From: Owenia fusiformis
Lineage: Eukaryota
Reading direction: 5' to 3'
DNA: 64,000 bases
NCBI GenBank assembly: GCA_903813345.2
Contig: CAIIXF020000001.1
Location: 37,634,001 to 37,698,000 of the forward strand
Below the pieces are notes generated by a model. The model did no database searches, had not been told where the DNA came from, and worked only from the letters and a program-made list of their open reading frames with translations. The position numbers and the translations under genes were made by a program. Positions 26,590 to 40,756 of the stretch are shown piece after piece (the stretch's first letter is position 1; each line of letters begins with the position of its first letter).

Positions 26590-28228
26590 GGGTGGCTCAA
26601 AATATTTTTTTTTGGAAATGTTATGCTCCCTACGTGAATCGAGTTGCATTTTGGGGTAAATATCACCTGTGATTTTTTTCAAATTTTTTAGTCAACTTTT
26701 AGGGGTCCCCCACAGCCTTTGAAGTTTGCCCATAGGCTTAACATTAGTGGGCGTCGCCCAAAATCGTACTTTGTAGAAGTTTTCTTCTACAGTGCTTAAC
26801 TTATGTTGTTTGAAGAAAAACAACATTGTATATGATATGATTTAGATGTTTAAATCATCATATTACTCTGTTTCATCATGTGAACTTATATAAAAGGTTA
26901 TACTGACAATATCCTATTTACAAAATATCAGGTACATTCGACCAGTATAATTATTTGAACAAGTACAGTTTTAGAGAATCATGTCTCATATATGATTTGG
27001 TATTGTCATTATAATAATTTAAACATGAAAAGGTTTATTCATTTTTGACATTTAATGTTTTAAAAATGGTTCAGATCAGATTTTCTTATATGTGACACTC
27101 TTCCTCTATGATCTGAGCATACAACACATACATTGTCATGATGCGCCGTGTCACGGGTCATTTTAGAGCATTCCTGTACCAGCTTCACTGCTCGTTCAGC
27201 TGGATCATTAACAGAATGCAGGTCTTGACAGAAATTCTGGGTTTGAACATAAGTTGCTCCGAGCGTACAAAACATACATTGTCACGATAAGAGCCAAGAT
27301 ATCTCAGTTACAAACATTGGTAGTAATGGTTTATCATTGCCTAAGTGAGCAGCAACTGGGTTGAAGTCAGACTGGCCTGGTTTGCCAGTTGCAAATTGTA
27401 CAGGCTGTTGAGCAGTGCTGTAGCAAGCTCCTGCTTCTCCTCTCTTGCTCTGTCTTACACTGCAAAGAGCTGCGACCAACCTGGAGCCTACCACCATGCC
27501 AGGTTCATGGGGAAGAGTCTCTACCTCTTGAAGATATTCATGCTCAGGCACTTATTTGTCCAGCTTACTCCACAGCAACTGCAGATGATAACATGACTTG
27601 TGGGATTTGTGGTCCGTCTCTACGGATGGTATTTCCTTAGTGCCCACTTGACAACCGCAGCTCCTCTTCACGGTCTCAAGTTCTGGTATCATCTGCAGGA
27701 ATGTCTCAAATGACCCGTGACACGGCGCATCGTGACACTGTATGTGTTGTACGCTCAGATCATAGAGGAAGAGTGTCACATATAAGAAAATCTGATCTGA
27801 ATTATTATAATGACAATACCAAATCATATATGAGACATGATTCTCTTATACTGTACTTGTTCAAATAATTATACTGGTCGAATGTTCCTAATATTTTGTT
27901 AATAGGATATTGTTAGTATAACCTTTTATGTAAGTTCACATGATGAAACAGAGTAATATGATGATTTTAACATCTAATCATATCATATACAATGTTGTTT
28001 TCTTCAAACAAACTATATAAATCACTCTTGAAGAAAACCTCTACAAAGGACGATTTTGGGCGACGCCCACTAATGTTAAGCCTATGGGCAAACTTCAAAG
28101 GCTGTAGGGGACCCCTAAAAGTTGACTAAAAAATTTGAAAAAAATCACAGGTGATATTTACCCCAAAATGCAACTCGATTCACATAGGGAGCATAACATT
28201 TCCAAAAAAAATTTATTTTGAGCCACCC
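26590..28228. mobile_element. Foldback DNA transposon derivative with transposase remnants
   Basis: Ends GGGTGGCTCAAAA; arms over 500 bp; internal PGAYHHARFMGKSLYLLKIFML (+) and VNDPAERAVKLVQE (-) resemble invertebrate DDE transposase motifs (superfamily not assigned). Confidence 0.78.
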
Positions 28229-29049
28229 TAATCTATAAAGATGTCTGATGACAAAAAGCTCAATTTTCCTTGATGTCATGGTCAATGGGACTTTAACACG
28301 TGAACTAATGTTTTTTATTTTTTGTTTTAAAGTCACTTATAGCAAACCTAATCTAACAATTATCTCACTATATGCTTATGACACATTCATGTATACATTG
28401 TTTGTCTTTTTTTCAAATCAACCCACGGAAATATCCAATACATCAAGTTAAAAAAGTGGTACGAATCATAAAAGCGACGTTGGGTGGTTTACTAGTAATT
28501 TTTTTATGAAAAATCTAGAAATATTACCCAAATTAAACTATGACTATTCAAAAGAAGACAATTAAATCTATATTATGTAAAAAAAATCAAATTTGTCCGA
28601 AGCAGGGATAACGCTCAATTAGAGTGACGAACTTCGTTCTCCAAATCGAGAATGGTCTAATTTTACCGATTAAATTGATCTGCGGTCGACTTGCGGCCGC
28701 CGTGCGACAAATGTGACTGGGGTGTTAGTCAATTCAACCCCAAGTCATCTCAACCCTTGGTCAACTCAACCCTTAGTCAACTCGACCCCACCATATTTAT
28801 TATCTATAAAAAATTAGATGTATGTTTCATTATGATATTGATGAATTTTGAAAGAATTAGGGAAAAATTAGAAAGATATATGAATGAAATTTTAAGTAAT
28901 TTTCTGAATTATAGATTGTAAAAAGAATTAATTCGAAAACATTAAATTATATTGGTTTTATCTAGAGAAGTTTATGCTCAACACTTTTAATTTAACAATT
29001 TTTCTGAATATGACATTTATTTACCACAGTAATTGCTGATTGATATAGC

Positions 29050-30973
29050 CACGCGGTACTAACTCACCGGGGCGTATCGAAACCAAAACACCCCGCAATG
29101 ATTGTGAGTCTCACACTACACCGTTTTTCTTCAAACTTGTTCCATTAAAACCTTCACAGAAATACCTTTCAGTCGAGACATTGCTTTTGTATACAAAGTC
29201 CCTCGTTTTAGCGGCGTTTTGGTCCCCAGATGTGAGAAGTTGCAAATCCTCAGAGATTTCAACCACAATCCTTGATATCTCGTCAGTTCTTCTATCACTC
29301 TCCCCCATATTCTGCGCAAGGACTCCCATTACAACCCTCCATCGCTGCATCAACATATTTATCACATGAAACGCAGCAATTTTGAGAAGTCCTACGCAAC
29401 TGTTCGAAATTGACCAAAACGCCCCGTTGTCTTCCAAAACGCCCCGCAGAGTCTATGACTGCAAACGTGTATCTAGATATTAAGGTCAGGATGAGCCAAA
29501 AAACAATACCCAACTTCAGATCAGGATAAAAATAGTTACATTCAATATGGTACATTGACTTACATATCATTTTAAAGGTTATACATTTTCAAACAATTTG
29601 ATATATAGCACTATGTCATGAAATCAATAGTAAAGTTTTATTATACTTATTTTGGAGGCCGGGTTACTATTTCAGGTCTCCAGATTTTGGGGAGAAAATA
29701 GTAAATCTGTGGAATTATGATAATTTTTTATTTATAGCATATTGTTGTTTTGTAAGTTGAATACATGCTTGGATATTGATATTTGCATCATCGTGTGACT
29801 AAATTTATTGTTTATGAATTTCAGTGTTGTTTAATAACATTTTACACTTTATTTATTTGAACAATTGCTCAATATACCCCCCCCCCCATCCCTGCGTCAA
29901 CAATAAGCTTCAAGTTGTAGCCCAATCTTTCAATAGCCTTATTGACAGATTTCTGTTGCAATTCATTTCAGCACTTTTGGATTCTGTGTTTCAGCTCATC
30001 GATACTGTTTATTGGATGCTTGTAATTGTACCATTTCCTCGAGATGGCTCCATGTATGGTAATCAACCACATAAGCATCGGGGCTGTTGGGTGGCCAAGC
30101 ATCGAGATCAATCAAAATGTTCAAAAAGCAATGCCAATGTCTCCATGGAACGAGGCAATGTCTTGTTGAAAAATAAAATCCTCACCACATATATGTTTAA
30201 TGTCTTTTAACAGACCCCTTTTGAATAATTATTGATAATAAACAACACTGAAATTCATAAACAATAAGTTTAGTCACACAACTATGTAAATATACAAGCC
30301 TGCATTCACCTAACAAAATTATATTCCATAAATAAAAATGCATAATTCCGCAGATTTACTATTTTCTCCCTAAAATCTGGCGACCTTAAATAGCGACCAT
30401 ATTGATTTCATGACATATTGTTATATACCAAATTGTTTGATAATAGATTACCTTTCAAATGATATATAAATCAATGTATCATATTGAACCTAGCTATTTT
30501 TATCCTGATTTGAAGTTGGGTATTGTTATTTTGGCCCACCCTGTAGAGAACCGGGCGTTTTGATCAATTTCGAACAGATGCGAAGGACTTTTGGAAATTG
30601 GTGCGTTTAATGTAATAAATATGTTGATGCAGAGATCGAGGGTTGTAATGGGAGTCCTTGTGCAAAATATAGGGGAGAATAATAAAAGAACTGGCGATAT
30701 ATCGAGGCTTTTGGTTGAAATCTCTAAAGATTTGCATCTTCTCACATCTGGGGGCCAAAACGCCGCTAAAACTAGTGACTCTGTACACAAAAGCAATGTC
30801 TCGAGTGAAAGGTATTTCTGTGAAGGTTTTAATGAAACAAGTTCGAAGAAAAATGGTGTACTGTGAGACTCGCAATCATTGATTTTCCAAAGAAAGGGTA
30901 GGTTTGAAATTCAGATTAACGGTTTTGCGGGGCGTTTTGGTTTCGATACGCCCCGGTGAGTTAGTACCGCGTG
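29050..30973. mobile_element. CAC-terminated foldback element with ~750-bp arms enclosing a Tc1/mariner transposase fragment
   Basis: TIR CACGCGGTACTAACTCACCGGGGCGTATCGAAACCAAAAC; flanks ATAGC / ATAGT. Confidence 0.8.
29862..30186 (-). pseudogene. Tc1/mariner transposase C-terminal fragment
   Basis: Minus-strand translation with frameshifts: GEDFIFQQD...WPPNSP/D..VDYHTWSHLEEMV...SIDELKHRI...NKAIERL...LKLIVDAG..YIEQL. Confidence 0.8.
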
Positions 30974-33112
30974 ATAGTTTAACAGAGTTAATCTAGCCTA
31001 TCTTAATAGGACTATTCACGATGATGATATTCATATATTTCACCCCTTCTATTTGTAAAATGGCTGGCCATTGGATTATCTTTCAAATATGAATTTAAAA
31101 GTAAATACATTTCTATCATGGATATGGAAATCTCTATAATTAAAAAAGTTTAAAAAATCTACAATATATTACTATTTTATTTTCATTATCCTACTCAAAT
31201 ATTTGATTGTTTGTTTATTCTTTATTTCTTCCATAAATATGGAGTTAAACAAATATAAATGATTTACAAGGTTTATAACATATAACATAACAGGATTTTA
31301 TGATCCAGTTCAAATCTTCCTTAGATTACGCAGGGGTCATTTTTCAAAAGATTTTTTTTATATTTAAAACATTTTGTACGATTTCAACTGAAAAATAAGA
31401 CCAAAATGGACTACAAACTCACAGTGGGTGGTATAACTCATTAAACACTGTTTAATTTTTTTTAGATTTATTGTTAAAGTCTAACGATTTAAATTAGTTG
31501 ATATTCGTTATGATAACATCATTGACTAAGGTAGATACCAATGCTTTTTGACACTCAACTTTTTGGCAATTAAAAGTCCCTGCCTGCATTTAGTAGTCAT
31601 ATATTGTCATATGCATAATTTTGAAACCATATCCTAATTATTTCACAAACCCTTTGTTGATTCTGCAATAGTTTCCAATTTGTAAACAGCATTTAACCTT
31701 TTTTGGAACTTTTTTGAAATTTCCAAAATGGCTGCCATGTGATTCCAGAATTAACATGAGTGTGACGTGACATCACAGTTGCTCGTTCCTAGGTAACAAC
31801 AAGATCAGAATTGCTCGTTTCTGATGAACACCCTTAAAATCCGATTTTCAAAGAATATATTTGGAGAAACATTAAAAGGTAAGTGGAATAAATTAGAAGA
31901 TGGTTTCAAGTTACCACAGAAGTCAATTTGAAACTCAAGAATGCTTTCTTTGACTCATAATCACAAAAAAAGTCGAGTGACTTTTTAGATGTCGAAAATC
32001 TTAGTTATTAATTGAGCATCATACAACTTAACAGTTTTTTTTATTAATTTGAGATTTCAGCAGAAGTCTAATTTACAAATCATCAATTATAAAAAACATT
32101 ATTACAAAAATATATAAAAAATGATAAATTATTTTAGAAAAATACTAAGAAAATCCTTGGCATTGACCTTCGAAGGGAGGTTAAGCCTTACAAAGTTCAC
32201 ATCGTGTTTTGATTTTTGTTTATATTGATCTAACATCGGGATATTATCATATTTCAAAATATGATGATATTTTCATGTTAAGTCAATTTTACACTTATTA
32301 CTGTTTTTTTCTCCTGATGACCATTGTGAATTATTGTGTTTTATGGATTATGGCGACGGCTTTTGTGAATAGATGTTGACCCTTTGAAACGCCTATGGAC
32401 TTGGAGACTGGATTGTATCTATCCCACATCATTTGAGACTGAATGCTCTTTCTTGTATGAGTACTTGTATCTACAACTTTTTTTGATGTTATGAGTATTG
32501 ACTATCAATTTCTAATTTCTAATTTCTATAATTGTAATGACTTCAGTATGAATGAAATGTCCCTTGGTGTTCTGGTCTTGGATTGTAATATCGGCTATTG
32601 AATGGTGGGGGAAAGGGGGCATTAGACATTGTTTCTTTTCACGTTAGATCATGGTTTTGGGATATATGGGGTTTGTTTTTCTTGACTGGTATGCACTTAG
32701 AGTTTACTTTTTCTTGCTAAGTTCCATTACAACTTTTGGTCCTTTCCCTTTGGCACGTGTGCTTAGATATTTATAGAAAATTCGAAATGACATACATTGG
32801 ATTTATAACTTATTTATGATGATACTAGCTTGTTAGATCCTTTTACCAATACTTTAATTGTAAGTAACAATATAATAAAATTCAGAATTGATTTAATTCA
32901 ATTGTTTTCGGTGGGTTACTGTTTGGTAATTTCTTGAGACTTTTTGTGTTTGAGATGATAAAAAAACAAAAAAGTAATAAATTCCACTATTTTCTGGTAA
33001 TATAAGTGTGAACAACATATTAATCTTTATAAAAAATCATATAAAAATGATTACAAGCTAGAAAGATACTTAATATAAGTGTGAACAACATATTAATCTA
33101 TCTTTAAAATGG

Positions 33113-33165
33113 CCAGGGTTAGATTAGCAAACCATAATTTAAGAATTGAAACAGGAAGACACGAG
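33113..33165 (+). pseudogene. Short LINE ORF2 C-terminal remnant
   Basis: RVRLANHNLRIETGRH matches the RxxxHxLxIETGR motif found downstream of RT in some LINE clades. Confidence 0.5.
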
Positions 33166-35241
33166 AAAAAGAAAAAAGATGGCACTAAAAAGAATCGACT
33201 TAAAATAAAAGAAGTAGACTGAGGATAAAGGCCAAATTCTCCTCAATAAGGTGCAATTGGGTATATATACCGTCGCTATTAAAAACATAACCTCTACTCT
33301 GAATAACCTTTATTTCCCCTGAATTACTGGTTTATAATTATTTACTGATACACGTGAGCTTTTTTATGTTGAAGTGTAACAAGATACTGTAGTATGAGTT
33401 TCAATATCAGCGATATATATTAAGAGATGAATGCTTTTCTTTATAAAAGGAAACTATGTTGTAAATCACCTTAACATTGCTACTGAACTTTTATATTCTT
33501 AAACACACATTTTTTATGAATTTTTTGTCTATTAAAAGTTCCTAGGATTTCATCCTTTCAGTATGACAAATAAAGGTGAACTCAATTCCCTCGCAACATG
33601 ACAGTAAAAATCCATGCGGTAGTAAAGCTGAACTGATTCGTTCCTTAGGAAAAGTAGGATTCAGCAAGCAACCTTTCCTTAAATTGTTTAAATATAAAAT
33701 ATTTTGCTTATTTCATTCAAACTGACTGAAATGGGTTCTTGGACAAAAAAACATTATGGTTCCTTAAGTAATATGAGTCGGTAGGCGTAGTAGACAAAAA
33801 GGAATGTTTAAATGTTTACAATATTTTTCATTTTGTGATACTAAAATTATCTCAAGGATATGTGTGTTCAGAATAGTGTCCATAAGTTCGAATGACGAAT
33901 TTCACGAAAATCATTATCTATTCCGCCAAACCTCCAGAGTCAAGGATGCCTCGTCAGATGAGTGGGAGTTTGATCTTGTCGACCCATCTTCAACTTGTTA
34001 GTGATGGTATCCTTGACAGGATTCGAGGTGTGACTGAGGACATTATCATCATAATAAGTTTAGTAGCTAGAGTCCCTTGACTCTCCACGTGTTACTCCTT
34101 CACAAAAAGAAAATGGACACTGCCATTCACAGATCAACCAATATATAGGGCACTATGATGTCATCAATGCTGCCATGAATCAATGCCTGTCAACAGAGAG
34201 ACCTATTCATTATAAGTTAGGATTTAAATGTATGAATAGTGTAGGTATAGTCAGTGAAATGTCAGCCAAATTAACAAAAAAACGAAAAAATGTATTAACA
34301 GTACTTTTAAGAACTATCTTATTTACTGAAAATTCCCCAATATTGCATTTCAAGAAAATTAAAGATGTTTGCCGGAATGAACGTTTTAATGGTTTCCTAG
34401 TTTTAAAACTCCGATAGACTCCTGGGTGAGAGAGGGACCCCCCCCCCCCCCCCATGAGAGTCCCAGACTTTGAGATCAGAATTTGTATTCCAAGTAATGA
34501 AAGATTTCGGAATGGGAATTACGGTCTCATATGGACTTTTAAACCTAGAATTGATTATCAATACACTTTCAACCGGACTATGACACCTAGGATCTATAGT
34601 CTGTATATGGTAGAGAATTATGTTACACCAGCTCTACAGGCAAAAGATGAAAAACAAATAAATGATGTAATGTAACACTTTTATTTTATTTTTCTCCCGC
34701 TAGAAATACAAATAGTCAGTTATAAAGTCTATGAATGTCCAGTTATTGGTAAAATTGTTTTAATAACAACCATCCACTGTTTTTAGAACGTGTCCACTTT
34801 TTCCATTTAGGTTGTAAATCCAAGATCTCCTTTCAAATCCCCTCAAACCTACTCCTTTTCCCCATTTCTGTCATGGCGTCTCAGATTTCGTACCAAAACC
34901 ATGGACCCTACAGCTACTTATTTACAAGTTTTGTTTCCACTATTTAAAAAGATATATCATTAACTCGAACAAATAAATACATATTGTATCCAATTCAAGC
35001 ATATGCTTTTTCACCCCTATACATCTGATTCTGCCTTATATTAATTTGATGATAAAGAGATAGCTAAGTCATTTTACGATACTTGCATGATCATCTCCAA
35101 GTGTTAGTTTTTACTAAGGGGCCCCCGACACCACACTTGTACTGGAGATATGATAAGATCATTCGACTTGAGTTTAGGTGATGTTAGTATTTCAATGTAA
35201 TCATGCAAATACTTGAATCAAATCGAGGATGAAAACACATA

Positions 35242-36062
35242 CACTCCCCTCCATAAGTTTGGCAACCTTAGCTCCCAAATTGAACTACGTGTTAAAGCCT
35301 CTTTACGTTTGAATTTTTATTTACTTAACCGGCGATGAAATAACTTATAATATTGATGGAAACGTAACTTGACTTTATTTCCAATATCTCCCAATTTTCT
35401 CAGTTTTTTCCTCAATTACAATAGGTCGAAAATTGATGATAAATTTGATGAATTTTTGAAAACCGTCATTCCCATGTAATCCAATGGAAATTGAGGGTTC
35501 GGGGCAAATCAAAAATCAGGATATCTTTTCGATAAAAGATTCAGCAAAAATATTTCTATATAGAAAAATGAATTATCTACCATTTTTGTACACTAAGTGT
35601 TTAGTTTATTTGATGTATACTAAAGTTATAGCGCTTCAAAGTCATTTTTGAAAATAATTTTAATAATAAAGCCTTATAACTTTGTCGAACCTGAAGAAAC
35701 ATGTCAATTTTTGGTTAAATAAAGTTAGCAAATTCAATTGCCTGTCTATCTCGTATTTTTGCAAGGACTCAGATGAATGAATATTGTGTCATGTGACTTG
35801 CAGCAAACCTACCATTTCCATTGGTTAATCGGAATGTCGATTTTCAAAGATTCATCAAATTTATCATAAATTTTCGACTTATTGTAATTGAGGAAAAAAT
35901 TTAGAACATTTGGAGGTATTCGAAATAAAGTCAAATTACGTTTCCATCAATAGTATTTTCATCGCAGGTTAAGTAAATAAAAATTCAAAGGTAAAGAGGC
36001 TTTAAATAACACGTAGTTCAATGGGGGCGGAGCTAAGGTTGACAAACGTATGGAGGGGAGTG
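35242..36062. mobile_element. TA-flanked Tc1/mariner-type MITE, copy 1
   Basis: TIR CACTCCCCTCCATAAGTTTGGCAACC with ~220-bp arms and TA TSD; second copy at 54589-55463 in opposite orientation. Confidence 0.85.
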
Positions 36063-37101
36063 TATCTATGCTTAATATTACCGGTGGAATGGGGGTCGAA
36101 TCGAGAAAGCCCAGATAAAGTATGCATGCCTATTTAATACCAAAGACCTCATAGGTATGTAAACAGTTAATAATTTGTACAAGTGTTTACAGGGGTAAAA
36201 AGTATACATGTATTCATATATGAAAGACCTTTTATAGTATTTCAATGAGCATTGGCAGGAGAACATTACATTTTATAGTTTATTCTTAACACAGGAATAG
36301 ATTAATGCTGCGTGTGTGTATCTGTGGTACTAAAAGGATAGAATCGATTCTATGTGCACGTTTTGGACAAACTTCATTTTGATAATGTTTTAAGAGAGTC
36401 TAGTCAAACACCAACTTTAATATTGGATACATATGTGTCACATAAGGACATCCCTAATTTAAGCATCCCTGGAGCAACACAAAATAATACAAAATATAAA
36501 AGATCCAGCTGGTAGGTAAGCGCAGTTTATCACGATTCTAATATTCAAATGTAAATAGGTTCAAATGATGGTATTAATTATTTTGAGACTTCTTTCTAGA
36601 CGATATCATATCCACAAAGTATGAACCGGTAAAATGTTTAGTTTCCGAAGACTGCTACATTATCATTAAAATGCGTCCACTCGGCATGTTCATGTTTACA
36701 TAAACTATTTATTTGATTGGGTTATAATGTGTAAACATTAATTTGTTTAAAGAACAAGTTTTGTAACTTCAACCGGGTTAGTAACGCAGCAACTTATGCA
36801 CATAATATATAATAGTAGTTGGATGACTTCCTTTCCAATGAAGGAGGGAATGTAGTCTTTTTCAACTTGCTTCAAATTGACCAATTTGTTTTTTCAAAAT
36901 CATCTTGACAAGTTCTCAAAAATTCAAATCCAGCTTAAGCTTGAACTCATAAAATAGTGAGCAACTAGGTGGTGACATTTTGCTGGGATCTGCTATTCTC
37001 TGCAAAACAAAGGCGTGCGTAATGCATTACGGGTATTTTACCTCTATGTGATATTCAGGTCTTTGAGATATATCGATTGTATAATTAAAATTGCCAATTA
37101 A

Positions 37102-38586
37102 TTAAAGGCTCCATGCAACTTTTGAAATGAAGAATCAAAGTTCATTAAACATTCTTCTTTAGAGTGCAAAACACACCATCTTTTAACACCAATGCGTAGA
37201 TTGAAAAGAACAAACTATTTCTATGCTGGTGTACATTTATATGTTTTATGTTATCACTTGCATGTGGTTACGAAAGCTTTGTTGCACAACACAACAAATC
37301 CTTTGGGTTTGGGTCAATAAATTTGTTTATATAATTAACTAAGTCATTACATAATATTGTGCAAGTTTGTGAATAATTTCGAAGGGTGGATGGTTGGGGA
37401 ATGGAATGGTTTTGATGCTGGGTTCTGTAACACCTTTCCCCTTTGGCACTTGTGCTTACACATGTATCAATAAAAATGTGATATTTAATGTGCCAATTGA
37501 GCATATTAAGAGTGCACACTAAGTGACGCCACCGTGATGTGTCACAAAAAGTGCAAAAAGGTTTTGAAAATAACAAAAAAAGATTTTCTGCCAATTTGAT
37601 TGCTCAACGAGGTTGAAAAGAAAAGTATATTATGTTCTAATGTTTTTTGTTTCTATGAGAGCACACACAAAACATACGTTGAGTGAACAGTGTAATTACA
37701 AACAACAGGCTTTAGAATACAAAGCGTAGTGTGATAATAAGCTGCACACTACCACTGCTGCATGTACATATTACTAATTTACTAGGGCTCCCAAAGAGTG
37801 GATAGGGAGGTTGTGTTTGTCACTTTTAAATTTTACATTTCTGGTTTCATTCGTTTAGCCAATCAAAACATTGGAAAACAATAAATTGTCTGTTATGTAC
37901 AATCAATTTTGTTCAGTTTTGATTTGTTGTCAGAATAAAGTTACGTTCATCTGAATCCATGTATCAAAACAAAAACCCTATTTTCACTTCAAAATACTTC
38001 AGTGAGATGAAGGCTCGGAATTGTCACAGGCAATAACTTATTGTCGTATTCGTTATTTTATCTTCTCGATAGTAGCATTTAGTCGCACATTTGATGCCAG
38101 GTCACCTTGTCGCGTACCTCTTGGGGAACCCCACATTTATGTGTGTACTCATGGAAGTAAATTCCCCGGTGTAGCTGAGAGCCACAAACTTTTCAACAGG
38201 TTCGAAATGACCGATTTCTCTCATATATACTCTAAATATTTTATTATTTAGCACCTACAAAGTATTGCTAATAACCATATGTAATTTCAATAAGGAAACT
38301 TATCTGGCTACATATAAATTCAATATCAACACTAGCTCTTCTCTCAACACGTCCTGGCTTACCTTGTGGTGACAAACCCTGGATTTTCGCTATTTATAGT
38401 TTATCAACACCTGGACGCATGCGCATTTTATACTTTATCGGGCACTTTAAAGTTTAAAACGCATTTTTCTCTCTCTCATTTTTGACAACAACCTCTTAAA
38501 TAAATTTCTAAATAGCTTCACGATTTTTCAAACGTTTTGGTGAAAATATAGGCCAAAGTGGTTTAAACTTCACATAGAGCCTTTAA
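37102..38586. mobile_element. TTAA-bounded non-autonomous element (Kolobok-like)
   Basis: TTAAAGGCTCCATGCAACTTT / AAACTTCACATAGAGCCTTTAA. Confidence 0.5.
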
Positions 38587-40644
38587 GAGAGGTGTGCATC
38601 GTTGCCATCCCCATTTCATTCAAAGTAACCCGTTTTGAATGGATGTGTCACATAAGTGCCGTCAGCTAATATGGACACCTAGATGATTCGAATCTCGTGC
38701 CATTAGGATCTGTCGGTAATGTTAACTTTGACAAGTATTTTCTATTTGTTTGTGATGTTCATTTGTTTGTATCGTTTTAAGGCATGGTGATTAAGGCATG
38801 GTGATTTATTATTATCGGAAAGATATTTCAATTATAAATGGTTGCCATTGCCTTTGATGTCCCATGTCAGAAACTGCTTTATACAATATCATAAAAGGGG
38901 AGTTTCAGAAAGCATTTTCCTGCCCGAACTAGAAGCCCGTTTTTTATGAGAATCGCATTTTCTCCAGTGAAGGATGAGTGTAAATTAAACCATTTATCAT
39001 ATAACCCTTACAAAATCTTGGTTTTTACTCGGGCGAAATATTAAATGGAATTGCTAGATTTATTTTTAATAAAAACTGACTTCACCTTGCTAACGTGTAG
39101 AAAAGCACAGTAGACATATATACTAGTGTTTAAACTGCTTCTTTATTCTGTACATTAATATTCCATAAATACCAAATAAAACAAACAATTTACCAAACCT
39201 TTACCCAATCTATCGAATGTTTTTTTATTTTATCAAATGTAATAATCTATACAATTTATATTCGCTAAATAGTTTCACTTGTTCTTTGTATTGACATTCA
39301 CATTTGATATTTATACATGTATTTATGTGATGCAGCGAATCAATTTGTTTTCCTTAACGCACGTATAATTCAATTAATTATTTGTACATTCGGTATTTAA
39401 ATTATTTATATTCGGTAAATACCGAATGCCACATTCGATAAATTTCGTTATTTTTCGATAATTTACGAGACTTTCAGTCACGTGATATATTTGTACTATG
39501 TAGAATAGCTGCGCGGCCATTTTGCAAATCTCGAAGTCACGTGACAAAATATCGAACAACAACGCAAGTTATCGAATATTACTTTATTGCATTCGGTAAA
39601 TAGCAAATTAGCTTTCGGTAAAATGCATTAACTATGTCATAGAAAAATAAACCATTTGGTAAATATAGGCAAACTTATTTCGGTAGGGTTCAAATAGAAA
39701 TTCCATATTGTGCATATAATATGTTACTCTTAAGGAATACCATAACAATCTACGCAAAAAATATCATTTAACGAATGAAATATGTAATTTAATGCACATA
39801 GTATTAAGTGATTGGCTATTTTGAAAACTTAATTTGCTGTAACAAACAAATAAACGTTTTTACCGAATGGAAAAATGATTTAGCGAATATAAATATTTCA
39901 TATATCGAATATATTTGAATTTAATGAATAAAGAAGCAAAAATAATGCCATAGACATATTCAGTTGAAGGAATCATGTCCTAAATGATGGTCTATGATAT
40001 AAAAAGCCAAAAAAGAAAAGAAGTCCTATTCTCATAAGGTTCTTGGATATTAAGTTATCAAAATTTACCTTTTCAAGAAAAAATTGTTAGCAACCATCTC
40101 GAAAAATTCTTCTTGTGTCCCTGAAGTACCAGATATGTCAACTGGAACGTCTGGTATGACATTTTTGCGCCTACTGACAGCAATTCCGATTTGAGAGGCC
40201 ATTCTAGAAATTTATTCTCGAGCACATACGAGTATAAATCCGTAAACAGGTTAGTATTTTTAGTATGAAATGATGAACGGACGGACAGATTGCTTCTCTA
40301 TATTCCTATTTGAACTTCGGTGGAATGTTAGTTAAAAGAGTTGATCCATCGCTGTTTCAAATTTTTTATATCGAAGTTTGAAACGGTTGTGTCACACAAA
40401 TTATAAATAATTATATGGGACCGCTTTAATTCTGTCGGCGATGTTACCTTCGATGAGTCTTCTATTCGCCACGGATGTACATCTAGGTTTATGAATGCCT
40501 TTTAGTGAATAGTACTTTAGTACAGGGACTGTATATAGTGGTCCAATGCGACATTTCTCGTCGTTTCTCATCATATTATCATATTGTTTATTCTCTACTC
40601 ATAAGCTTTATGTTTGCATTTGCAGATTTATTAGCGAATCTGAA

Positions 40645-40756
40645 ATGAGGAAGTTAACAGGATGCGAGGGATTTATCTTGGGAATATTTGTACTCTTAGC
40701 AATAGGTGTAATCGTACTTGCGGCATTCTTATCACTTGGTTACCTATATAGAACAG
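40645..40756 (+). CDS. First coding exon of paralogue 2: short basic N-terminus plus hydrophobic signal-anchor
   Basis: Acceptor TTTGCAG ending 40625, ATG 40645, [37 protein letters not shown], phase-1 donor GTAAAT at 40757. Confidence 0.75.

Larger units (their letters stand above)
18449..28657. mobile_element. Element with ~250-bp inverted arms enclosing ~10 kb of further repeats
   Basis: 18449-18700 is the reverse complement of 28395-28657 (GACTATTCTCGGTTTGGAGAACGAAGTTCGTCACTC...). No clear TSD. Confidence 0.7.
18033..28724. mobile_element. Harbinger-like MITE split by a ~10.2-kb nested insertion
   Basis: Ends CACCCCAGTCACATTT / AAATGTGACTGGGGTG, flanked by TAA and TTA, inside the minisatellite. 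Confidence 0.75.

Noticed and set aside
29111..30875. Paired ORFs on opposite strands (29111-29437, 30591-30866) as duplicated genes
   Set aside because: They are mirror translations of the foldback arms, with no recognisable domain.
36490..36520. TATAAAA followed by a GTAAG donor as the promoter or first exon of gene 2
   Set aside because: Such motifs are expected by chance in AT-rich DNA, and there is no other support.
37268..37594. Minus-strand ORF with CxxC inside the TTAA-bounded element as a Kolobok protein remnant
   Set aside because: Similarity is too weak to support by eye; it needs a profile search.
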